64,000 bases of DNA from a bacterium (GCA_028821455.1 JAPPGE010000005.1:103030-167029); one strand, 5' to 3'. Shown: positions 50,369 through 62,253, counted from the first letter of the stretch. The notes: generated from the sequence alone by a model not told the origin. Numbers and translations: made by a program.

Positions 50369-51223
50369 ATGATCCTTGTCACGGCGGCAACGGGACAGGT
50401 CGGTCGCGAGCTCGTGACGGTGCTGCGGTCACGCGGGCTTGCCCAGCGCGCCCTCGTGCGGGGCGCGGCGCTCGAGGGTGGCGTCGAATGCGTCCGCGGC
50501 GATTTTCGCGATTCAGCCAGTCTCGCCGCCGCTATGGCCGGCGTCGAGCGCATGTACCTCGCCTGCGCGCCAACCCCGGATCAGGCCGACCTCGAGATGC
50601 GGGCAATCGACGCGGCGGCACGCAACGGTGTCCGTCACGTCGTCAAGCTCTCGGCCTACGATGCGCACGACGCCAACGCGTCGGATTTTCGACGCTGGAA
50701 CGGCGTTGCCGAACGCCACCTCTTCAATTCGGGCCTGGCGTGGACGATTCTGCGTCCGACCGCGTTCAACCAATCGCTCGATCCCCGCGCCGTCGTCGAG
50801 CGGGGTGTGCTGCGTTCGCCCCAGGGCGCGGCCACGACGCCGTTTGTCGATACGCGCGACGTCGCTGAAGTGGCCGCCGCCGTTCTCGGCGGGACCGGCC
50901 ATAATGGCCGAATCTACGATCTCACAGGCCCGGAGGCCTTCACGCAGCCGGCCCTGGCAGCGCTCATCGCGGAGGTCTTCGCGAGGCCGGTTGCCTGCCG
51001 TCCGGTGAGCGATGCCGAGGCGTTGCGCGAGCTTCTCGAAAGCGGCATGGACGAAGGCTTCGCGCGGTCGATGATCGTGCACTGGCAATCATACCGCGCC
51101 CGGCCTGCGACCCTGGTCTCGGGCTGGATCGAGATCCTGACCGGGCAGGCGCCGCGAACCCTGCGCGCCTACCTCGAGGAATGCCGGGCGGCCGCGCCGG
51201 TTGGCATGCCTGCGGCGTCCTGA
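50369..51223 (+). CDS. NmrA-like / NAD(P)H-binding SDR-family protein
   Basis: Has the Rossmann motif ILVTAATGQVGRELV. It begins 8 nt after the amidohydrolase stop. Confidence 0.7.
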   Translation: MILVTAATGQVGRELVTVLRSRGLAQRALVRGAALEGGVECVRGDFRDSASLAAAMAGVERMYLACAPTPDQADLEMRAIDAAARNGVRHVVKLSAYDAHDANASDFRRWNGVAERHLFNSGLAWTILRPTAFNQSLDPRAVVERGVLRSPQGAATTPFVDTRDVAEVAAAVLGGTGHNGRIYDLTGPEAFTQPALAALIAEVFARPVACRPVSDAEALRELLESGMDEGFARSMIVHWQSYRARPATLVSGWIEILTGQAPRTLRAYLEECRAAAPVGMPAAS

Positions 51224-51237
51224 TCGGGGAGGCTGTC

Positions 51238-52551
51238 ATGCATCGTGTACCGTTGATCATGGTGGTCACCAGCGACCTTGCCGGCCAGGTGAGGGGCAAG
51301 GGATTTCCTGCGAGCGAGCGCGACGAGCGGCTTCTCAAGGGGGTCGGCTACACGTTCACCAATCACATGATCAACTGCTGGGGCCAGATCCCGGCGACAC
51401 CCTGGGGGCCGCTGGGTGATCTTGTCCTGATGCCCGATGCGGCCACCGCCGTCGAGGTCGACTTCGGCGATGGCAGCATGGCGGAGCGCTTCATGCTGGG
51501 CGACCTTTTCCGCATGGACGGCGCGCCCTGGGACTGCTGCCTGCGCCACTATCTCCGCAGCGCGCTCCGCGAGCTGGAAAGCGAGACCGGACTGCAGCTG
51601 ATCGCCGCCTTCGAGCACGAGTTCCACGATGGTGGCCTGGAGAAGCGCGAAGGCGATTCCTACAGCCTCGACAAGGTGAGGCGAGGCGGCGACTTTCCGG
51701 GCGCCGTACTCCACGCGCTGCAGGCCGCGGGCGCCGAGCCCGAGACCTTCCTTCCGGAGTTCGGCAGGAGCCAGTTCGAATTCACTGTCAAGCCGGCGCC
51801 GGCCATGGTGGCGGCGGATCGCGCCATCATCGCCCGGGAAATGGTGCGCGCCGCCGCCCGGCGCCTCGGCCGGGATGTCAGCTTCTCGCCCCAGGTCGAT
51901 CCCGCCGGTCCCGGCAACGGCGTCCACATCCACATGAGCTTCCAGGACCGCGAAGGCCGTCCGGTCAGCCACGATCCGACGCAACCCTCGAACCTCTCCG
52001 GCGTCATGGGGAGCTTTGTCGCCGGAATCCTGAAGCGCCTGCCGGCGATGGTTGCTGTCACGGCGCCGTCGGCGGCCTCCTACCAGCGCCTCAAGCCGCA
52101 TTCCTGGAGTTCCGCCTACAACAATCTGGGCTGGCGGGACCGCGAGGCGGCGATCCGCATCTGCCCGGGCCCGGAAACCCCCGGCGCCGATGTCGCCTCG
52201 GCCTTCAATGTCGAATTCCGCGCCGGTGACGCGGCCGCCAGTCCCTGGCTCCAGCTCGGCATCCTCGTGCGGGCCGGTCTCGAAGGAATCCGCGAGGGCC
52301 TGGCGACGCCGCAACCGGTGTCATCGGATCCCGATGCGATGAGTGACAGTGAACGCCGCAGGTACGGAGTCGAGCGCCTGCCGGTCTCGCTCGGTGAGGC
52401 CCTCGACCGCCTCGAGCGCGCCTCCGATGCCGGGACACTCCTGCCGGGCGAATTTCTCGAGGCCTACATCATGCACAAGCGCGGGGAACTGGAGGCGGTT
52501 TCAGGATTGACGCCGGAGGAGATCTGCCGGCGCTACGGGGATGTCTACTGA
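51238..52551 (+). CDS. glutamine synthetase-family protein (type III / gamma-glutamyl-amine ligase-like, catalytic domain)
   Basis: Has the GS catalytic-domain signature ([12 protein letters not shown] ... [12 protein letters not shown] ... [14 protein letters not shown]). GGAGG lies 5 nt upstream of the start. Confidence 0.75.
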   Translation: MHRVPLIMVVTSDLAGQVRGKGFPASERDERLLKGVGYTFTNHMINCWGQIPATPWGPLGDLVLMPDAATAVEVDFGDGSMAERFMLGDLFRMDGAPWDCCLRHYLRSALRELESETGLQLIAAFEHEFHDGGLEKREGDSYSLDKVRRGGDFPGAVLHALQAAGAEPETFLPEFGRSQFEFTVKPAPAMVAADRAIIAREMVRAAARRLGRDVSFSPQVDPAGPGNGVHIHMSFQDREGRPVSHDPTQPSNLSGVMGSFVAGILKRLPAMVAVTAPSAASYQRLKPHSWSSAYNNLGWRDREAAIRICPGPETPGADVASAFNVEFRAGDAAASPWLQLGILVRAGLEGIREGLATPQPVSSDPDAMSDSERRRYGVERLPVSLGEALDRLERASDAGTLLPGEFLEAYIMHKRGELEAVSGLTPEEICRRYGDVY

Positions 52552-52997
52552 TGGCCGAAGAACCTTTCTGGCGCACCAAGTCCCTGGAGGAGATGGACAC
52601 CCAGGAATGGGAATCGCTCTGTGACGGCTGCGGCAAGTGCTGCCTCGTGAAGCTCGAGGACGTCGATGACGGCACCATCTCCAACACCGATGTGGCGTGC
52701 TTCCTTCTCGACACCGTCACCTGCCGCTGCCGGGACTATGCGAGGCGCCTCGAGCGGGTTCCGGAGTGCATCCGCATCACGCCGGATACCATCTCCTCCC
52801 TGCTGGCGTGGCTGCCCGGCACCTGTGCCTATCGCCTGCTCCACGAGGGTCGCGATCTTCCCGATTGGCACCCTCTGGTGTCGGGCGATCCCGACAGCGT
52901 TCATCGCGCCGGGGTGTCGCTCTCGAACCGTGTCGTCTCGGAGGCCGATGTCGACGACGAGGACCTTCCCGACCATGTCGTCGACTGGCCGGTCTGA
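52551..52997 (+). CDS. YcgN-family (UPF0260) cysteine-cluster protein
   Basis: 148 aa with CDGCGKCC...C...CRC motifs. It is in TGATG overlap with the GS-like gene stop. Confidence 0.7.
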   Translation: MAEEPFWRTKSLEEMDTQEWESLCDGCGKCCLVKLEDVDDGTISNTDVACFLLDTVTCRCRDYARRLERVPECIRITPDTISSLLAWLPGTCAYRLLHEGRDLPDWHPLVSGDPDSVHRAGVSLSNRVVSEADVDDEDLPDHVVDWPV

Positions 52998-53227
52998 CCA
53001 GACCGGCAGGATATCCCTCACGCGTCCATCACGTCGCCGGACGGCAACGCCCTCGCCGGCACCAGCGGCGAGGCAGGATGTCAAGGAATGTGCCAAGTAA
53101 CGCGTCAGATATGACGTGTGGATCCCGTATCTCTTTGATGCAGAAATGATATTCCGGAAAGAAGAGTGTCAGACAGAGTGTCACATTGAATGTCGCTCCA
53201 AGTGGCGGCGCAGGATGTGTTTGCCCG

Positions 53228-54637
53228 CTACTGCACCAGTCTGGTGTTCGGGAACGCGGCGTGCCAGCCGAACCAGAAAGCCCGCTGCGCCGGGATGCGG
53301 GGGAGCATGCGTCCGTCTTCGGCGGCGAGGCCGTGCTCGTCCATCGTCCAGATCATGCCGGAGCTGTCCTCGACGCTCCGGTCGCCGTCGTAGCGCACGA
53401 ACGTTGCGTCCTCGCTGGCGAAAGCGCGGTTCGCGCCCGAGGGATCGGTGAGCACCACGAGTGACGTGTCCTCGATCGCATCGTGATGGACGGGGGTTGC
53501 TGCGAGGAACTCGGCCGATATGGCAAGCGGCGCCTCGGGGTGACGGTCAAGCAGCACCGTGAAGACCTCGTCCTTGTTCTTCAATCGCGTATCAAGGGCC
53601 GGGACCGGAAACATCAGCTCGTCGGTCGCGAAGTAGTCGCGGTAGGCAGCCCCTTCGGCATAGTCGCGCAGGTGGCCGGTATCGAGAGAGAGCACCAGGG
53701 TTTCGGGATGCCGCCGACGCCACTCGCTCCAGGTGGTCGTCACCACGGATCCCCTCTCCAGCACGATGCCTTGTCCGGCAAGCGGGCCGACGACCGGCGC
53801 GCCCCGCATGGTGCTCCACAGTGACTGGGTGGCCTGGTCGTACATGAGCTTGTTCGAACGGTAGAGAAAACCGCTCGTGCCCAACGCGTGATTCACGCCC
53901 TCGTGCTCGGTGTGGTAGAGGATCACAGTACCGCACAGGGTGCAGTAGACGCCGGCGACCGGCACACCGCCCACCGTGTCGACGAACATCTCGTGCCAGG
54001 CGAGGATGCGCTTCGGGTATGCGCGGGCATCGCCGTTGACGGAAAGGCCGAACACAATGTCGCCATCCTCCAGGTAGCCGGCGCTTTCCGCGGACAGCAT
54101 CGCCGGGCTGCGAAGCGGCGGGATGCCGTCCTGCCGCACGCCGCCCCAGACGATCTCGTCGAGCCGAATCAGTGTCGTGCGGTCCGTGTCGAAGTACGCC
54201 GAGAACCGCGGATCGATGATGCTGTAGAGAGCGCTCTTGAAGGCGGCATAGCGCGGGTGCCGGGCTTCCGGGGCATTCCACATCTCGCGCTGCCAGGCGT
54301 CCATGTCGTGGCCGTGCCCGGCGCCGGTCTTGCGCTGCATGATACCCACCAGGGCGCCAGAGACTTCCGCGCTGCGGGTCAGGCGCATCACCTCGAGAGC
54401 CATCGGCATGAACGACGGCTCCCATTGGGCCTCGATCAGCACCCGAGCGTGCGCCCTGTCGTCCGCCTCCCCGGCGATGAGGGTCAGGAACGCCCGGGTG
54501 ACGGCGCGGTCGGTGATCTCTGCACGGGGCTGAACGGCTATCGCCACCAGCATCAGGAAGATGCCGAGGGCGACGACGAGGATGCGTGCGGCAGGTCCGG
54601 GATGTCTTCTCGACCTGTGCCCCGGCGATTCCCGCAT
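53228..54637 (-). CDS. DUF3179-domain protein with an N-terminal transmembrane anchor
   Basis: 469 aa with N-terminal TM ([17 protein letters not shown]). The DUF3179 assignment is from memory of the family. Confidence 0.5.
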   Translation of the reverse strand: MRESPGHRSRRHPGPAARILVVALGIFLMLVAIAVQPRAEITDRAVTRAFLTLIAGEADDRAHARVLIEAQWEPSFMPMALEVMRLTRSAEVSGALVGIMQRKTGAGHGHDMDAWQREMWNAPEARHPRYAAFKSALYSIIDPRFSAYFDTDRTTLIRLDEIVWGGVRQDGIPPLRSPAMLSAESAGYLEDGDIVFGLSVNGDARAYPKRILAWHEMFVDTVGGVPVAGVYCTLCGTVILYHTEHEGVNHALGTSGFLYRSNKLMYDQATQSLWSTMRGAPVVGPLAGQGIVLERGSVVTTTWSEWRRRHPETLVLSLDTGHLRDYAEGAAYRDYFATDELMFPVPALDTRLKNKDEVFTVLLDRHPEAPLAISAEFLAATPVHHDAIEDTSLVVLTDPSGANRAFASEDATFVRYDGDRSVEDSSGMIWTMDEHGLAAEDGRMLPRIPAQRAFWFGWHAAFPNTRLVQ

Positions 54638-54651
54638 GGTCGCGAAGCCGG

Positions 54652-57315
54652 TCAGATGGTGCCGGCGGCGCGGCGCAGCACGTAGTGCAGGATGCCGCCA
54701 TTGAGGTAGTAGGCGGCCTCGTTGCCGGTATCGATCCTGCAGGTGAGAGTCGTGTCGATGATGGAACCATCTCCTCTGCGGATGGTGGCCGGCACATCCA
54801 TGCCGGGCACGATGCCGTCTTCGAGACCGGTGATGTTCCAGGTTTCGCTGCCGTCAAGGGCGAGACTCTCGCGGTTCTCGCCCTCGCGAAACTGCAGGGG
54901 CAGGACTCCCATGCCGATGAGATTGGAGCGGTGAATGCGCTCGAAACTCTCGGCGATCACCGCCTTCACGCCCAGGAGGGCGGTGCCCTTGGCGGCCCAG
55001 TCGCGTGACGAGCCGGTGCCGTACTCGCGGCCCGCGACGATGACGAGAGGGATGCCGTCGTCGCGGTAGCGCATCGCTGCCCCGAAGATCGACATCTCCT
55101 CGCCGCTCTCCTGGTAATGCGTGACGCCGCCCTCGGATCCGGGAACCATGAGGTTCCTCAGGCGAATGTTGGCAAAGGTTCCCCGCATCATCACTTCGTG
55201 GTTGCCGCGCCTGGAGCCATAGCTGTTGAAGTCCCGCTGGCCGACCTGGCGCTCGTTGAGCCAGGTGGCGGCGGGACTGCCCGATGCGATGCCGCCGGCA
55301 GGAGAGATGTGATCCGTCGTGATGCTGTCACCGAGCAGGGCGAGGACCCTGGCATTGATGATGTTGTCGGGAGCGGCGGCCGGCTGGCGCGGCATGTCGT
55401 CGAAGAAGGGCGGGCGGTGAATGTAGGTGCTTCCCGCATCCCATGCGTAACCGCGTCCTTCGGCAATGGCGACGGCCTTCCAGGCATCATCGCCGCTGAA
55501 GACGTCGGCGTAGCGCTTCTTGAACATGTCGGGCGTGAGGTGGCGGCCGATAGCGTCCACGATCTCGTCATTCGAGGGCCAGACGTCCTTCAGGTAGACC
55601 GGTTCGCCGCTATCCGCCGTCCCCAGGGGTTCGGAGGTGATGTCGATCGCCATCGTGCCTGCCAGGGCGTAAGCCACGACCAGTGGCGGCGAGGCGAGAT
55701 AGTTCGCCCTGGTGAGCGCGTGGACCCGGCCCTCGAAATTGCGATTGCCCGAGAGCACCGAGGCGACAACGAGATCGCTTGCCTCGATCGCCTCCTCGAC
55801 CGGCTGCGGCAGGGGTCCTGAGTTTCCGATGCAGGTCGTGCAGCCGTATCCGACAATGTGGAAGCCCTGTTCCTCGAGAGCCTCGAGAAGTCCGGCTGCC
55901 CGCAGATAGTCGGTCACCACCTGGCTCCCCGGCGCCAGGGACGTCTTGACCCAGGGTCTCGTCCTGAGGCCGCGTTCGAGAGCCTTCCTGGCGACAAGGC
56001 CGGCAGCGATCATCACGGAGGGGTTGGACGTGTTGGTGCAACTGGTGATGGCGGCGATGACGACATCGCCGTCCTTTAGCCGGCTGCCATCGGTCATGGC
56101 CGCCGAGACCGGGTGGTCAGCGTCGCGGCCGGCCTCGGCCATCACCTTGCGGAAGGCGCTGCCGGCGCAGGAAAGGACGATGCGGTCCTGTGGCCGCTTC
56201 GGACCGGCGAGGCCGGGTTCCACGTCACCGAGATCGAGTTCGAGGACATCGGTAAAGAAGGGTTCCTCGTCGCCGCGCCACAGGCCCTGTTCCTTCGCGT
56301 AGGCCTCGACGAGACGGACCTGGGCATCCGGACGCCCGGAGAAGGCAAGGTAGTCGACGGTCTGTCCGTCGATTGGAAAGAGTCCCGCGGTGGCGCCGTA
56401 CTCGGGCGCCATGTTCGAGACGGTGGCGCGGTCTGCCAGGGAGAGGTGCCTGAGCCCGTCGCCAGTGAATTCGACGAATCTGCCGACGACCCCCTTTTCG
56501 CGCAGCATCTGTGTGGCCTTGAGAACAAGGTCGGTGGCGGTCGTCCCTTCCCGCGGTTCTCCGACAAGACGGAATCCGACGACCTCGGGAATCAGCATCG
56601 AGATCGGCTGGCCCAGCATCGCCGCCTCCGCCTCGATGCCGCCCACGCCCCAGCCGAGGACCGCGAGGGCGTTCACCATCGTGGTGTGGCTATCGGTTCC
56701 GACCAGGGTGTCCGGACAGGCGACGCCGCCGTCCGTCCACACAACCTGTGCCAGGTACTCGACATTGACCTGATGGCAGATGCCGGTTCCCGGAGGCACC
56801 ACCCTCAGGTTATCGAATGCCGTCTGGGCCCAGCGCAGGAACCGGTAGCGCTCCTGGTTGCGTTCCATTTCCCGATCGACGTTGTGCCTGAAGGCATCCG
56901 GGCTGGCGAAGCGGTCCACCTGCACGGAATGATCGATGACGAGATCGACGGGAGTGAGGGGATTGATGCGGTCCGGATCGCCGCCGAGAGAGGACATGGC
57001 ATCGCGCATGGCAGCGAGGTCGACCACCGCCGGCACGCCGGTGAAGTCCTGCATGAGGACCCGCACCGGTCTGAAGGCGATCTCCCGCGAGACGGACCGT
57101 GTCGACGTCCAGCCGGCAAGCGCGGCGATGTCGTCGTCGGTGACGGTGTCGCCATCCTCGTGGCGCAGCAGGTTCTCCAGCAGGATCTTCAGCGAGACGG
57201 GCAGCCGGACTATGCCGCCCAGCGTCCGGTCGGCCTCCGCCAGGCTGAAGTAGTCGTAACGCGTGCCGTCGACCTCCAGGGTACGACGGCAGTCGAGATG
57301 ATTGGCGCTGGACAC
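54652..57315 (-). CDS. acnA: aconitate hydratase A
   Basis: 887 aa with a full-length aconitase family pattern, including Fe-S ligand cysteines and a swivel domain. Confidence 0.9.
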   Translation of the reverse strand: MSSANHLDCRRTLEVDGTRYDYFSLAEADRTLGGIVRLPVSLKILLENLLRHEDGDTVTDDDIAALAGWTSTRSVSREIAFRPVRVLMQDFTGVPAVVDLAAMRDAMSSLGGDPDRINPLTPVDLVIDHSVQVDRFASPDAFRHNVDREMERNQERYRFLRWAQTAFDNLRVVPPGTGICHQVNVEYLAQVVWTDGGVACPDTLVGTDSHTTMVNALAVLGWGVGGIEAEAAMLGQPISMLIPEVVGFRLVGEPREGTTATDLVLKATQMLREKGVVGRFVEFTGDGLRHLSLADRATVSNMAPEYGATAGLFPIDGQTVDYLAFSGRPDAQVRLVEAYAKEQGLWRGDEEPFFTDVLELDLGDVEPGLAGPKRPQDRIVLSCAGSAFRKVMAEAGRDADHPVSAAMTDGSRLKDGDVVIAAITSCTNTSNPSVMIAAGLVARKALERGLRTRPWVKTSLAPGSQVVTDYLRAAGLLEALEEQGFHIVGYGCTTCIGNSGPLPQPVEEAIEASDLVVASVLSGNRNFEGRVHALTRANYLASPPLVVAYALAGTMAIDITSEPLGTADSGEPVYLKDVWPSNDEIVDAIGRHLTPDMFKKRYADVFSGDDAWKAVAIAEGRGYAWDAGSTYIHRPPFFDDMPRQPAAAPDNIINARVLALLGDSITTDHISPAGGIASGSPAATWLNERQVGQRDFNSYGSRRGNHEVMMRGTFANIRLRNLMVPGSEGGVTHYQESGEEMSIFGAAMRYRDDGIPLVIVAGREYGTGSSRDWAAKGTALLGVKAVIAESFERIHRSNLIGMGVLPLQFREGENRESLALDGSETWNITGLEDGIVPGMDVPATIRRGDGSIIDTTLTCRIDTGNEAAYYLNGGILHYVLRRAAGTI

Positions 57316-57389
57316 GGGCTGGCGATTCCCTATCTGGACATCACACGGCCAACATGCCGTGCCTTGCCCGACAAGGCAATGTGGCGGGG

Positions 57390-58265
57390 TCAGGTGAAGG
57401 GCTGGCCGGTCAGCCGTTCGCAGGCCTCGACATAGCCATGACGGATGCGCTCGACGATCTCCTGGGGAAGGTCGGGCGCCGGTGGCGTGCGTGCCCAGGA
57501 GGTCCGGGTTTCAAGCCACGCGCGCAGGATCTGCTTGTCCAGCGAGACGGGAAGGGTGCCGGGCTGCCAGGTGTCGGCCGGCCAGAAGCGCGAACTGTCA
57601 CTGGTCAGGCACTCGTCAACCAGAACGATGTCGTCGTCGATGATGCCGAACTCGAACTTGGTGTCGGCGACAATGATGCCGCGCCTGCCGGCCTCGGCAT
57701 GCGCTTCTTCGTAAAGCTCGAGGGCGAGAGAACGCAGGCGGCCGGCGCGTTCGCGTCCCAGCCTGTCGACGACACCGGCAAAGGCGATGGTTTCGTCGTG
57801 CATCCCGAGGGGCGCCTTGGTCGAGGGCGTGAAGACGGGTTCGGGAAGCCTGTCGCCCTGTCGCAGGCCCTTGGGCAGCTGCAGCCCGGCAATGGCGCCG
57901 TTGGCCTGGTAGTCCTTCCAGCCGCTGCCGGCGAGATAGCCGCGCACGACACACTCCACGGGCAGAACCCGTGCCTCGCGCACGATCATGCTGCGTCCTT
58001 CGAGCCAGGCACGGTCGCTCTCCGCGAGGTCAAGGCCGGAAAGATTGGTGGAGATCACGTGGTTGGCGACGACGGGCCGCAGATGGTCGAACCAGAAGCG
58101 GGAGAGACGGGTGAGGATCCTTCCCTTGTCCGGAATGGCCGTCGGCATCACCACGTCAAAGGCGGAGATGCGATCGCTGGCCACCATCAGCAGGCGGGAG
58201 TCGAGCCGGTAGAGGTCACGCACCTTGCCCCGTGTAACCAGCTCAAGGTCGTCGAGGGTCACCAT
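57390..58265 (-). CDS. purC: phosphoribosylaminoimidazole-succinocarboxamide (SAICAR) synthase
   Basis: 291 aa with GKVRDLY...SDRISAFD...ADTKFEFG motifs. Confidence 0.9.
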   Translation of the reverse strand: MVTLDDLELVTRGKVRDLYRLDSRLLMVASDRISAFDVVMPTAIPDKGRILTRLSRFWFDHLRPVVANHVISTNLSGLDLAESDRAWLEGRSMIVREARVLPVECVVRGYLAGSGWKDYQANGAIAGLQLPKGLRQGDRLPEPVFTPSTKAPLGMHDETIAFAGVVDRLGRERAGRLRSLALELYEEAHAEAGRRGIIVADTKFEFGIIDDDIVLVDECLTSDSSRFWPADTWQPGTLPVSLDKQILRAWLETRTSWARTPPAPDLPQEIVERIRHGYVEACERLTGQPFT

Positions 58266-58527
58266 ACACGACTGTTTCCCCTTGCCGGCGGGGTCCTGTC
58301 AACCAGGGGGATGAGGGGCCGGAGGCATCGCGGCAAGGACAAACGCGCCAGAAGCGCGCCGAGGAGGATCCAAAGCCGAATCTGAGGGAGGAAACGGTGC
58401 CTCCGGCAGAACGATACATGGAACGTGAAAGACAAAAGTTCAATTGCGTATCCCGAAACCGAGATACGCAAAAAACGCATGGCTGGAACCGTCTTGAAAC
58501 GGCCGGGATTCCCTGCAAGCTTCCGGG

Positions 58528-59262
58528 ATGGAGGAGCATGCCATGGTGTCCATCCTTGCCATCGAGTTCTGGCCGTCCAGCCACCTCGGCACCATTGCCG
58601 ACACCTTCGAGAGGTGTGGCGCCAGGACGGTCTACGTGCGCCCGGAAGAAGGCGAGCCGCTGCCGCGGGAGCCGGGACACTGGGACGGCCTGGTCATGCT
58701 CGGCGGCCCACAGAATGCCGAAGAAGATGTCCGCTATCCCTACCTCGGTGATGCGGCGCGCCTGGCAGCGGCGTTTCACGACGCCTCGCGACCGGTCCTC
58801 GGGGTCTGTCTCGGCAGCCAGATCCTTGCCCGGGCGCTCGGTGCCCGGGTGAGGAGGCAGGGCTGGACGGAGGTCGGGTTCGAGGAACTCGAACCGACCG
58901 GAGCTGCCGACAGCGATCCGCTGCTGACGGGAATCGGTCCGGTCAGGATCCTCGAGTACCACGAGGACTCCTTCGACATTCCCGATGGGGCCACCCTGCT
59001 CATGACGGGCGAACGGTGCCGCAACCAGGCCTTCCGTCTTGGCGGAAGCTATGGCTTCCAGTGTCATTTCGAGTGTTCGAGCGCCCTATGGCAGGAATGG
59101 TGGCCGCAGATGAGCGATTCGCTCCTCGAGACCGACCCCGACTTCCACGCCGGATGGCCGGAAGAGTTCGCCAGGCACGAGGCGGGGGCACTGGCCTTTT
59201 GTGATGCCGTCTCCAGCCGCTGGCTCGATCTCGTCGAGGCAAGCCGCCGCCTGGCGGCCTGA
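58528..59262 (+). CDS. class I glutamine amidotransferase-like protein
   Basis: The GATase1 nucleophile-elbow motif VLGVCLGSQ is present, along with His/Glu late in the sequence. The start is either 58528 or 58543. Confidence 0.7.
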   Translation: MEEHAMVSILAIEFWPSSHLGTIADTFERCGARTVYVRPEEGEPLPREPGHWDGLVMLGGPQNAEEDVRYPYLGDAARLAAAFHDASRPVLGVCLGSQILARALGARVRRQGWTEVGFEELEPTGAADSDPLLTGIGPVRILEYHEDSFDIPDGATLLMTGERCRNQAFRLGGSYGFQCHFECSSALWQEWWPQMSDSLLETDPDFHAGWPEEFARHEAGALAFCDAVSSRWLDLVEASRRLAA

Positions 59263-59265
59263 GCG

Positions 59266-59841
59266 TCAGGGACCACCGTCGATCTCGAACAGGCTGTTGT
59301 CGAGCTCGACGTCGAAGCGGGGACTGACGAGCGTAATGCGCGTGACCACGCCCTGGGCATCGCGAACCAGCCACTGCTCGAGGGCCAGAGGGTCCTCGGC
59401 AAGAATGAGCGAGATCGACCCTGTCCCCGGTTCGTCCGCCGACTCCAGGGTGACGGCCACGAAACCGCCGTCCCGCCTCACGTCGGCAACCCGCACGTCG
59501 TCGCCGAACCGGATTTGCGGACGCAGCAGAAACTGTGCCGGCGTGCCGTCGACCGAACCCTCCGTGATCTCTCCGGTCTCGCCGTCGCGAAACACGAGAC
59601 GCTCTCCCCTGGCGACGATCAGGGTCGGCGGATCGTCGTAGGCGAAGCGCAGAAAGTGCGGTCGCTTGAGCTGGAACGACCCGGAGAGATGCGACATGTC
59701 CTGGTTCGTCTGGACGAACCGTGAATCGAGCGACGTGATCGAATCGAGATAGGCCTCGATCCGTTCCAGGAGTGCCTCATTGTCGTCCGCCGCCGCGGTC
59801 AGGGTGACGAGGACCAGAAGGGCGGCGAGGCGGCCGATCAA
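59266..59841 (-). CDS. lolA: outer-membrane lipoprotein carrier protein LolA-like
   Basis: 191 aa with a signal peptide and the LolA family pattern ([20 protein letters not shown]...). Confidence 0.7.
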   Translation of the reverse strand: MIGRLAALLVLVTLTAAADDNEALLERIEAYLDSITSLDSRFVQTNQDMSHLSGSFQLKRPHFLRFAYDDPPTLIVARGERLVFRDGETGEITEGSVDGTPAQFLLRPQIRFGDDVRVADVRRDGGFVAVTLESADEPGTGSISLILAEDPLALEQWLVRDAQGVVTRITLVSPRFDVELDNSLFEIDGGP

Positions 59842-60383
59842 TCAAGTTCTCCCGAGTTGGAAATCCGCGCTGCGTTGTTTGCGGAAACCTCGATTTTCCT
59901 CACCACGTCCATGCCCTCGACGACATGGCCGAAGACGACATGCTTGCCGTCAAGCCACGGTGTCGGAACGGTGGTGATGAAGAACTGCGACGAGTTGGTG
60001 TCGGGACCCCGGTTCGCCATGGAAAGAAGGCCCGCCCCGGTATGCTTCAGGGTGAAATTCTCGTCCTCGAACATGGCGCCGTAGATCGACTTGCCCCCGG
60101 TTCCGTTGCCCCGGGTGAAGTCGCCTCCCTGGATCATGAAGTCGGCAATCACCCGGTGAAACCGTGAACCCTCGTACCCGAAACCCGCCTCGCCGGTGGC
60201 AAGCTGGCGGAAGTTCTCAGCGGTCTTAGGGGCGACGTCCATTCTCAACTCGATGACGATTCGCCCGGCCGGCTCGTCGTTGATCTCGATATCGAAGAAC
60301 ACCTGCGGATTGTCATCCGCCGCCGCTCCGGCCGCGCCGAGGCCGGCGACGACCGTGAGAGCGGAAACAAGTCGTTGTATCAT
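59838..60383 (-). CDS. ppiA: peptidyl-prolyl cis-trans isomerase (cyclophilin type), periplasmic
   Basis: Has a signal peptide plus cyclophilin motifs ([30 protein letters not shown]). Confidence 0.85.
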   Translation of the reverse strand: MIQRLVSALTVVAGLGAAGAAADDNPQVFFDIEINDEPAGRIVIELRMDVAPKTAENFRQLATGEAGFGYEGSRFHRVIADFMIQGGDFTRGNGTGGKSIYGAMFEDENFTLKHTGAGLLSMANRGPDTNSSQFFITTVPTPWLDGKHVVFGHVVEGMDVVRKIEVSANNAARISNSGELD

Positions 60384-60405
60384 GGTTCAAGTTCTCCCTG
60401 GAGCA

Positions 60406-61311
60406 TTACTGTGACGCTGTCTTGAGGCGGTAACGTGTCCGTTCGTCCGGCGTGCCGTCTGCTTCGATCAGTCCCTGGTGAACGAGACGGATGATGTGGG
60501 CCAGAACGGAGCGCCGGGCCGCCGGAAAGAGGCGGCGGTCGGTGGTGGCGTAGAGTGTCTCGACCATGGACGGAATGGTCCCGATCCCGTCATCAAGGCA
60601 GGCGATGATCTGCCGGTCGCGCATCCTGCGATGATCGATGAGGGCACGGACAAAGATCGCCGGATCGGTGATGGCGGCGCCGTGGGTCGGCCTGAGGATG
60701 GCATCGCCGCGTTCGAGGACAAGTTCGAGGCTGTCGAGATAGGCCGCCATGTCGCCATCGGGCGGCGACACGACAGTTGTCGACCAGCCCATGACGTGAT
60801 CGCCCGAGAAGAGAGTCTCCTCCTCCTGCAGGGCATAGCACATGTGATTGGAGGCGTGACCGGGCGTGTGCACGGCCTCGATGGTCCACCCCGCGCCTGC
60901 GATTCGATCGCCGTGTCGGAGCAGGTGATCGGGAGCAAAGGCATGGTCCTCGCTTTCGTCCACGGGAGTCATGCCGTCATCGCCTCCGGTGGCCGGGCCC
61001 CAGGCCCAGATTTCGGCGCCGGTGGCGTGCTTGAGGAGCCGGGCGGCGGGCGAATGATCGCTGTGGGTGTGTGTGATGAACTGGTGCGTGATGGTCTCGC
61101 CCCGGGTGGCGTCGAGAATGGCCTCGACGTGGCGCTCCAGTGCCGGACCGGCGTCGATCACCGCCACCTCCCCGTGGCCGACGATGAACGTGCCGGTGCC
61201 GTGATAGGTGAAGACCGAGGGATTGTCGGCGACGACGCGACGCACCAGAGGCGAGATGCGGGTGGCCGTGCCCCTCACCACCTCGCGTTCCTGAATGAAG
61301 GGAACGGACAC
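60406..61311 (-). CDS. MBL-fold metallo-hydrolase
   Basis: Has the HTHSDH motif and downstream His/Asp ligands. It is 301 aa. Confidence 0.8.
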   Translation of the reverse strand: MSVPFIQEREVVRGTATRISPLVRRVVADNPSVFTYHGTGTFIVGHGEVAVIDAGPALERHVEAILDATRGETITHQFITHTHSDHSPAARLLKHATGAEIWAWGPATGGDDGMTPVDESEDHAFAPDHLLRHGDRIAGAGWTIEAVHTPGHASNHMCYALQEEETLFSGDHVMGWSTTVVSPPDGDMAAYLDSLELVLERGDAILRPTHGAAITDPAIFVRALIDHRRMRDRQIIACLDDGIGTIPSMVETLYATTDRRLFPAARRSVLAHIIRLVHQGLIEADGTPDERTRYRLKTASQ

Positions 61312-61314
61312 CCC

Positions 61315-62253
61315 TCAAAGACCGTAGCGTTGCCAGAGGAGCCGTTCCTCCACGGCGCCAACGAGCTCATCCGCCAGGCCGTCGGTCATGACGATGCTGC
61401 GCGGGACGAGACCGCCCAGGGGCTGGCGCCTGGCGATGGTCCTGAAGCGGGTGTTGTCGCCGAACCGTTCACGCATGACGGAGCGACAGTCACCGATACC
61501 GTCGACGAGACCCAGGGCGAGGGCCCGGTCCCCGGTCCAGAACTCGCCCGAGAACAGCGTTCTGGCGCTGGACTTCAGGCGGTCGCCGCGGCGTTCGCGC
61601 ACGTGATTCCTGAAGGTGACGTGCAGTTCCTTCAGCAGCGACGACAGACGCTTGATGTCCTGTTCGGATTCCGGAACGAAGGGGTCAAGCATCGCCTTGC
61701 GGTCGCCGGCGGTGTGGAGACGGCGCTCGATGCCATGGTTCTCGAGGAAGCCGTGCAGGCCGAACCCGGCATGGATCACGCCGATCGAGCCGATGATCGA
61801 ACTGTGGTTGACATAGATCTCGTCTGCGGCGCAGGCAAGCCAGTAGCCTCCGGACGCGGCGACATCCTCGGCGAAGGCGACGACAGGGAGCTTCTTCTCG
61901 TCGGCCAGCGTCCGGATCCTTGCCGCAATGAGCGCCGACTGCACCGGCGAGCCGCCCGGAGAGTTGATGACAAGGGCGACGGCGGCCGGCCGGCCGGCCG
62001 AGAAGGCACGGTCGAGCAGGGGCTCGAGGCCGGCCAGATTGAGGCCGCGCCTGAAGCGCGAGGCCGCCATGATCGTCCCCTCGAGCCTGAGGACGTTGAC
62101 CACCCGGCGCCTGCCGGACACGCCGACAAGGGGAAGCCACTTCAGGGGTGGTTTGCTGCGCAAAGTCTGGAGGACCATGGCGATCACATAGTGCCATTGG
62201 AAGCCGGCAACAAGCCCCGGGATGCCCTTGACCGGCATGCCACCACGCCACAT
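61315..62253 (-). CDS. sppA: signal peptide peptidase SppA (S49 family, 36K type)
   Basis: S49 peptidase core (GGYWLACAADEIYVNHSSIIGSIG) behind a TM segment. The start is uncertain (62253, 62238 or 62328), all with weak Shine-Dalgarno. Confidence 0.7.
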   Translation of the reverse strand: MWRGGMPVKGIPGLVAGFQWHYVIAMVLQTLRSKPPLKWLPLVGVSGRRRVVNVLRLEGTIMAASRFRRGLNLAGLEPLLDRAFSAGRPAAVALVINSPGGSPVQSALIAARIRTLADEKKLPVVAFAEDVAASGGYWLACAADEIYVNHSSIIGSIGVIHAGFGLHGFLENHGIERRLHTAGDRKAMLDPFVPESEQDIKRLSSLLKELHVTFRNHVRERRGDRLKSSARTLFSGEFWTGDRALALGLVDGIGDCRSVMRERFGDNTRFRTIARRQPLGGLVPRSIVMTDGLADELVGAVEERLLWQRYGL

